The notes under the pieces: model-generated
What the model was told of the DNA's origin: nothing
Database searches by the model: none
The model's input: only the letters and a program-made list of their open reading frames with translations
Made by a program: the position numbers and the translations under genes
Part shown: in pieces, positions 7,348-11,590 of the stretch
Numbering within the stretch: position 1 is the first letter of the stretch
Layout: each line of letters opens with the position of its first letter
Source of the DNA: a bacterium
GTDB taxonomy: Bacteria; Zhuqueibacterota; Zhuqueibacteria; Residuimicrobiales; Krinioviventaceae
Direction: 5' to 3'
Assembly: GCA_963674595.2 (NCBI GenBank)
Contig: CAXXFV010000034.1
Location: forward strand, 1 to 11,590
Length of the DNA: 11,590 bases

Positions 7348-9101
7348 TATTTTATCCCTTTTGGTTCGCGTGAACGGTATGTTGTATGCAAAAGTTTATG
7401 TGCCAGATGGCTTCCCGGTTCGCTTAAAAAGTCATCATATAATTTTATAATAAACGGATTTTCATGCGACTTGCGGACCTTTTTGGCCTCATCAATTTTA
7501 TACAAGGCTTTTGCCCGAAGTTGATTTACCTTTTTATCAAGCACATAAAAACCGGAAGGCGGATAGGGTTGTCCGCCGCCGCCGATACAACCACCGGGAC
7601 AAGCCATCAGTTCAATAAGGTGATACTGCTTTTTTCCGGCCTTTACTTTTTCAAGAATGGTTTTGGCATTGTTTAGTCCATTGGCAACAGCAACATTAAC
7701 TTCAAGATCGCCGATTTGTAACGTTGCCTCCTTTAATCCTTCAGCCTGACGCACCTGAGTAAAATTAAGATCGTCAAGAGGTTTTCCTGTCAGTTTTTCA
7801 GCAGCCGTACGCAACGCCGCTTCCATAACACCGCCGGTAGTTCCGAAAATATCGGCCGCTCCGGTTGAATAACCCAGGGGTTGATCAAAATCATCTATGG
7901 GCAGTTTTGTAAAGTCAATACCATAGGCTTTAATCATCCAAATCAATTCACGGGTCGTTAAAACAGCATCCGTATAAGGATATTCCTGCTCGCTGAAATG
8001 TTCCGGTCTTTCTATTTCGAATTTTTTAGCAACACAGGGCATTATTCCGACAACATATATATCTTTTGGATCAATTTTTTGTTTATCCGCATAATATGTT
8101 TTCAACAGTGTTGAAAGCATGGACATGGGTGATTTGCAACTGGAAGCATAGGGAATCATTTCAGGATAAAAATGCTCCATAAATTTTATCCATCCCGGCG
8201 AACAGGATGTCAACAAGGGTAAATTTTCATTTTTCTGCAATCGAAGAGCAAACTCGTGTGCTTCTTCCATAATGGTTAAATCAGCGCCAAAATTCGTATC
8301 AAAAACAGCATCAAAACCTAATCTTCTCAGGGCTGTTACGGTTTGGCCTGTCATGGACGTTCCGGGCGGGAGATTAAATCCCTCACCAATGGCAGCACGA
8401 ATAGAAGGCGCAATTTGAACAATAACATTTTTATTGGGATCAGCAAGTGCGTCCCACACCTGGTCTGTAGAACGTTTTTCCATAAATGATGCAACAGGGC
8501 AAACATTAATACATTGTCCACAGGCAATACATACGGATTCGTCCATTGGGCCATCATAAGCGGGGCCGACAACAGTATTAAATCCACGGTTCAACTGACT
8601 GAGATTGTGAATGCCCTGAATTTCAGAACAGACGCGAACACAGCGGCGACAAAGAATACACTTTTCAGTATCGCGAATAACCGAGGGACTGGAACTTTCG
8701 ATCTTGTATCTTTTCCGCTTTCCTTCAAACAATCGTTCCCGTACGCCAAGAGTGTAGGCCAGGTTTTGTAATTCACAATTTCCGTCCCGTTCACAGGTTT
8801 GACATTCTTTGGGATGGTTATCAAGAATCAATTCAACCAAGTCTCTGCGGGCTCTGCGTATTTCCGGTGAATTTGTTTTAACTTTCATACCTTCCCATAC
8901 GGACGTGGCGCAGGAAGGCAAATAATTTTTTGCACCCTCTACTTCAACAATACATACCCGGCAGGCCCCTTCAATCGACAAATCCGGATGATAACACAAG
9001 CGGGGAATTTTAATGCCGATTTTCTCAGCAGCCTGCATAATTGTTGTTCCTGTGGGAACGGAAATTTCTGTATCATCTATAAAAAGAGAAATTGTATTCA
9101 T
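7347..9101 (-). CDS. hydA: [FeFe]-hydrogenase catalytic subunit, group A (A3-like; HydA/HndD)
   Basis: 584 aa. N-terminal [2Fe-2S] (LCYHP..GACRVC..SC), His-ligated [4Fe-4S] (HPKECQTCERDGNC), two ferredoxin motifs (CILCRRC..C, CIACGQC..CP); H-cluster motifs ADLTIMEE, L1 TSCSPGW, L2 MPCVAKKFE, GGVMEAALRT, L3 ELMACPGGCIGGGGQP; fused small-subunit tail RKSHENP..LLHTTY. AGGA RBS at 9111-9114. Confidence 0.97.
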   Translation of the reverse strand: MNTISLFIDDTEISVPTGTTIMQAAEKIGIKIPRLCYHPDLSIEGACRVCIVEVEGAKNYLPSCATSVWEGMKVKTNSPEIRRARRDLVELILDNHPKECQTCERDGNCELQNLAYTLGVRERLFEGKRKRYKIESSSPSVIRDTEKCILCRRCVRVCSEIQGIHNLSQLNRGFNTVVGPAYDGPMDESVCIACGQCINVCPVASFMEKRSTDQVWDALADPNKNVIVQIAPSIRAAIGEGFNLPPGTSMTGQTVTALRRLGFDAVFDTNFGADLTIMEEAHEFALRLQKNENLPLLTSCSPGWIKFMEHFYPEMIPYASSCKSPMSMLSTLLKTYYADKQKIDPKDIYVVGIMPCVAKKFEIERPEHFSEQEYPYTDAVLTTRELIWMIKAYGIDFTKLPIDDFDQPLGYSTGAADIFGTTGGVMEAALRTAAEKLTGKPLDDLNFTQVRQAEGLKEATLQIGDLEVNVAVANGLNNAKTILEKVKAGKKQYHLIELMACPGGCIGGGGQPYPPSGFYVLDKKVNQLRAKALYKIDEAKKVRKSHENPFIIKLYDDFLSEPGSHLAHKLLHTTYRSREPKGIK

Positions 9102-9139
9102 AAAAAATATTCCTGTTTTAACTCTCAGAAGGTTTAAAA

Positions 9140-11323
9140 CTATTGCTTTATTACGGCATCAAATTTACAAACATTAAAACATTCACCACATTTTATACAT
9201 TCGGACTGGTTGATAACATGGGGCCCTTTTCGTTCTCCTGAAATACATGAAACCGGACAACGTCTGGCACATAAGGTACAGCCGGTACACTTGACAGGAT
9301 CAATTTCATAACTAATCAATTTAGCACACCTGTGTGAAGGGCAGCGTTTATCAACAACATGGGTCTCAAATTCTTTACGATAATTTTTTAAAGCGCTTAA
9401 AACCGGATTCGGAGCTGTTTGTCCCAATCCGCATAAAGATGTTTTTTGTACCAGGGTTCCAAGGCGCTCCAGCTTGTCCAAATCCTCAAGAGTACCATTA
9501 CCCTCTGTAATACGTTCCAAAATTTCCAGCATTCGCAGGGTTCCTTCACGGCAGGGCACACATTTGCCGCAGGATTCCGATTGTGTAAATTCCAGGAAAA
9601 ACTTGGCCGTGGAAACCATACAATCGGATTCATCCAAAACAATCATACCGCCGGACCCCATAATAGAACCGATTTCCGACAAGGTTTCATAATCCACTTT
9701 TGTGTCGATCAGTTCAGCCGGTATACATCCGCCGGAAGGACCGCCTGTTTGAATGGCTTTTAATTCTTTACCTTCCGGAAGCCCGCCTCCGATATCATAA
9801 ATAATCTCCCGCAACGTAGTGCCCATAGGAACTTCTACCAAGCCGGTATTTTTAACATTTCCGGCCAGGGCAAAAACTTTGGTCCCTCGGCTCGTTTTTG
9901 TACCAATTCGTGAGTACCAGCCTGCACCGTAAAGCATTATTGTCGGAACATTGGCCCAGGTTTCAACATTATTAATCACTGTCGGGTGCCCCCACAAACC
10001 GGATTGTGTCGGATAGGGAGGCCGGATACGGGGCTGTCCCCGTTTACCTTCAATAGAATACATAAGAGCTGTTTCTTCACCACAGACAAAAGCACCCGCT
10101 CCCAACCGAATTTCCAGATCAAAATCAAAGCCGGAATTCATTATATTTTTACCAAGCAAATTGTTTCCTCTGGCCTTTTCAATGGCTTTTTCAAGCCTTT
10201 CAATTGCCAAAGGATACTCTGCCCTGACATAAACATATCCCTGGTGTGCACCGATAGCAAAGGCGCCTATTGTCATACCCTCGATAATAATAAACGGATC
10301 GCCTTCCAAAGCACTTCTATCCATAAAAGCGCCGGGGTCGCCTTCATCGGCATTACATACAACATACTTGATCGGATCCTTTGTATAAGTAACGGCATTT
10401 TTCCACTTTTGCCCGGTTGGGAACCCGCCGCCGCCGCGGCCGCGCAAACCGGATTCTAATATTTCATTAACAACAAAATCGGGATCATGTTTGTCCAATA
10501 CTTTTGCCAAAGCTTCATATCCCCGATTTCGGATATAATCACCGAGACTTTCCGGGTCTGTTAAACCGCTGTTTCGTAAGGTCAATCGTGTTTGTTTGTT
10601 AAAAAAGGACACATCCCCATATAAAGAAAAAAACTGTTCAGTAATAAAATCAGCATGGGTTTTATATTTATCACTTATTTTGTGATTAGCAAAATGGGTT
10701 TCAACGATCTCGGCCAATTCCGTTTCATTTTCAAAATGATACATGACTTTTTCAGGAAAAACCATCATAATATTCTGTTTGCCCACTTTATCTTTTGAAC
10801 ACAATCCAAAACAGCCGCCGCTGAAAATACGAACTGTGTCGGAATCAATATTTTGTTTTTCCAGCTCTTCTACGAGCATATTCTGAGCTTTAAGGGCCCC
10901 TTTTGGATTACATCTCGGAGAGGAACAAATCGTCACAACATAGGAATATCTTTTCTCTGTTTTTTTATCAAGAACAAATTCAGGTACTGTTTCTCCGCCG
11001 ATAACATGGTCCTGAAAAATAGTCTGCACTTTGGGCAGCGTCACTTTTTCATATTTTATGGGTATTTGCCCCGGAATAAAAACACCAACAATCGGTTCTC
11101 TGGCGCATCGGCCGGTACAGCCGGTTTGTTTTAAAAGAATATCATCTCGGCCTGATGCACGTATCAATTTCTTAAACTCTGCTAATACAAGGTCTGAACC
11201 GGCAGCCTTTTCACATGTAGCAGAGCCGACGTGTATCAATATTTTTTTATCGATACCGGATTGTTCACGCCGTTCCAACATATATCTAAAAAAAGCATCA
11301 TAAAATTTCTGAGCATTACCCAT
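9140..11323 (-). CDS. hydB: NuoF-like FMN/NAD(P)-binding subunit (HydB/HndC) with an additional N-terminal HndB-like thioredoxin-fold domain
   Basis: 727 aa. GLRGRGGGGFPTG, CNADEGDPGAFMDR, GAGAFVCGEETAL, GGPSGGC, MGSGG, ESCGKCVPCREG..SLCGLG, H..DKRCPSHRC, C-terminal 2x[4Fe-4S] (CTGCTLCARRCP, CIKCGECFNVC); two N-terminal Trx-like repeats. AAGGA RBS at 11332-11336. Confidence 0.95.
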   Translation of the reverse strand: MGNAQKFYDAFFRYMLERREQSGIDKKILIHVGSATCEKAAGSDLVLAEFKKLIRASGRDDILLKQTGCTGRCAREPIVGVFIPGQIPIKYEKVTLPKVQTIFQDHVIGGETVPEFVLDKKTEKRYSYVVTICSSPRCNPKGALKAQNMLVEELEKQNIDSDTVRIFSGGCFGLCSKDKVGKQNIMMVFPEKVMYHFENETELAEIVETHFANHKISDKYKTHADFITEQFFSLYGDVSFFNKQTRLTLRNSGLTDPESLGDYIRNRGYEALAKVLDKHDPDFVVNEILESGLRGRGGGGFPTGQKWKNAVTYTKDPIKYVVCNADEGDPGAFMDRSALEGDPFIIIEGMTIGAFAIGAHQGYVYVRAEYPLAIERLEKAIEKARGNNLLGKNIMNSGFDFDLEIRLGAGAFVCGEETALMYSIEGKRGQPRIRPPYPTQSGLWGHPTVINNVETWANVPTIMLYGAGWYSRIGTKTSRGTKVFALAGNVKNTGLVEVPMGTTLREIIYDIGGGLPEGKELKAIQTGGPSGGCIPAELIDTKVDYETLSEIGSIMGSGGMIVLDESDCMVSTAKFFLEFTQSESCGKCVPCREGTLRMLEILERITEGNGTLEDLDKLERLGTLVQKTSLCGLGQTAPNPVLSALKNYRKEFETHVVDKRCPSHRCAKLISYEIDPVKCTGCTLCARRCPVSCISGERKGPHVINQSECIKCGECFNVCKFDAVIKQ

Positions 11324-11344
11324 GGATTACGTCCTTTATTCAGA

Positions 11345-11366
11345 TTGAAATATGGTTTTATTTCAA
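11345..11366. repeat. Perfect inverted repeat TTGAAATA-N6-TATTTCAA, candidate operator in the hydB leader
   Basis: Arms at 11345-11352 and 11359-11366 are exact reverse complements. The repeat lies between the putative promoter and the RBS of hydB. Function is inferred. Confidence 0.55.
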
Positions 11367-11380
11367 ATTATTTTAATAAA

Positions 11381-11408
11381 AATATACCAAAATAAATCTC
11401 GTTTTCAA
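11381..11408 (-). promoter_or_regulatory. Putative sigma70-type promoter (extended -10) for hydBAC
   Basis: On the - strand: TTGAAA (11408-11403), 16-nt spacer ending TGG, then TATATT (11386-11381). Confidence 0.45.
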
Positions 11409-11455
11409 AACAAAAAAGCCTTGTTAATACAATAAAGGCAAAAAGCATATACCAT

Positions 11456-11484
11456 TTGCTTTTTATAAAACATATAATTATAAT
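11456..11484 (+). promoter_or_regulatory. Putative sigma70-type promoter for the divergent lipoprotein gene
   Basis: TTGCTT (11456-11461), 17-nt spacer, perfect TATAAT (11479-11484), ending 33 nt upstream of ATG 11518. Confidence 0.6.
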
Positions 11485-11517
11485 TGAAAAACTTTACTAT
11501 AATAACATTTTCGGAAT

Positions 11518-11590
11518 ATGAACAGGTTTATAATTTTTGGTATTTGTTGTCTGTTTTTATCATGCTCAGGAAAGCAAACATCTACAAAAA
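11518..11590 (+). CDS. 5' end of a putative lipoprotein (truncated by the window edge; not in the ORF track)
   Basis: Reads MNRFIIFGICCLFLSCSGKQTSTK...: short basic n-region, hydrophobic h-region, lipobox-like FLS-C, then a polar S/G/K/T tether. Open to the window end. Confidence 0.7.
   Translation, partial: MNRFIIFGICCLFLSCSGKQTSTK

Noticed and set aside
6939-11303. Short ORFs overlapping hydC/hydA/hydB (e.g. 9446-9763, 9986-10459, 10853-11134, 11031-11303)
   Set aside because: Antisense or off-frame shadows of conserved coding sequence. The poly-Ala in 9986-10459 merely mirrors the GRGGGG codons.
6853-11323. Interpretation as complex I nuoEFG, formate dehydrogenase or [NiFe] Hox diaphorase
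   Set aside because: The 584-aa subunit has all three H-cluster motifs and no molybdopterin domain, and no membrane nuo genes or NiFe CxxC motifs are present.
11418-11439. Imperfect hairpin GCCTT...AAGGC containing TTGT-TAAT-ACAA
   Set aside because: Short and imperfect, matches neither FNR nor Rex spacing, and sits between divergent promoters where a terminator is not expected.
11516-11533. Rex-like box ATATGAA-CAGG-TTTATAA
   Set aside because: Four mismatches to TTGTGAA-N4-TTCACAA in very AT-rich DNA, and it overlaps the lipoprotein start codon.
1-11590. CRISPR arrays, tRNA/rRNA, transposases/integrases, selenocysteine read-through, frameshifted genes
   Set aside because: None seen by eye. 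All main ORFs are full length with expected termini, and intergenic gaps are too short or lack such structure.

Overview
AT-rich bacterial window holding a hydrogen-metabolism locus made of two convergent operons. On the + strand, after an intrinsic terminator, lies a [NiFe]-hydrogenase maturation cluster hypF-(sensor kinase)-hypC-hypD-hypE, with a REC-PAS-GAF-HisKA_2-HATPase hybrid kinase embedded between hypF and hypC. On the - strand lies a complete three-gene NAD(P)-linked, probably electron-bifurcating group A3 [FeFe]-hydrogenase in the atypical order hydB-hydA-hydC. Its HydB/HndC subunit carries an extra N-terminal HndB-like thioredoxin-fold domain. The two operons end 12 bp apart with no visible terminator. 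The window contains no [NiFe] structural genes, no hypA/hypB and no hydEFG. A divergent lipoprotein gene missed by the ORF track starts at the right edge, and its promoter closely resembles the putative hypF promoter. All calls come from reading motifs by eye; no database searches were run.
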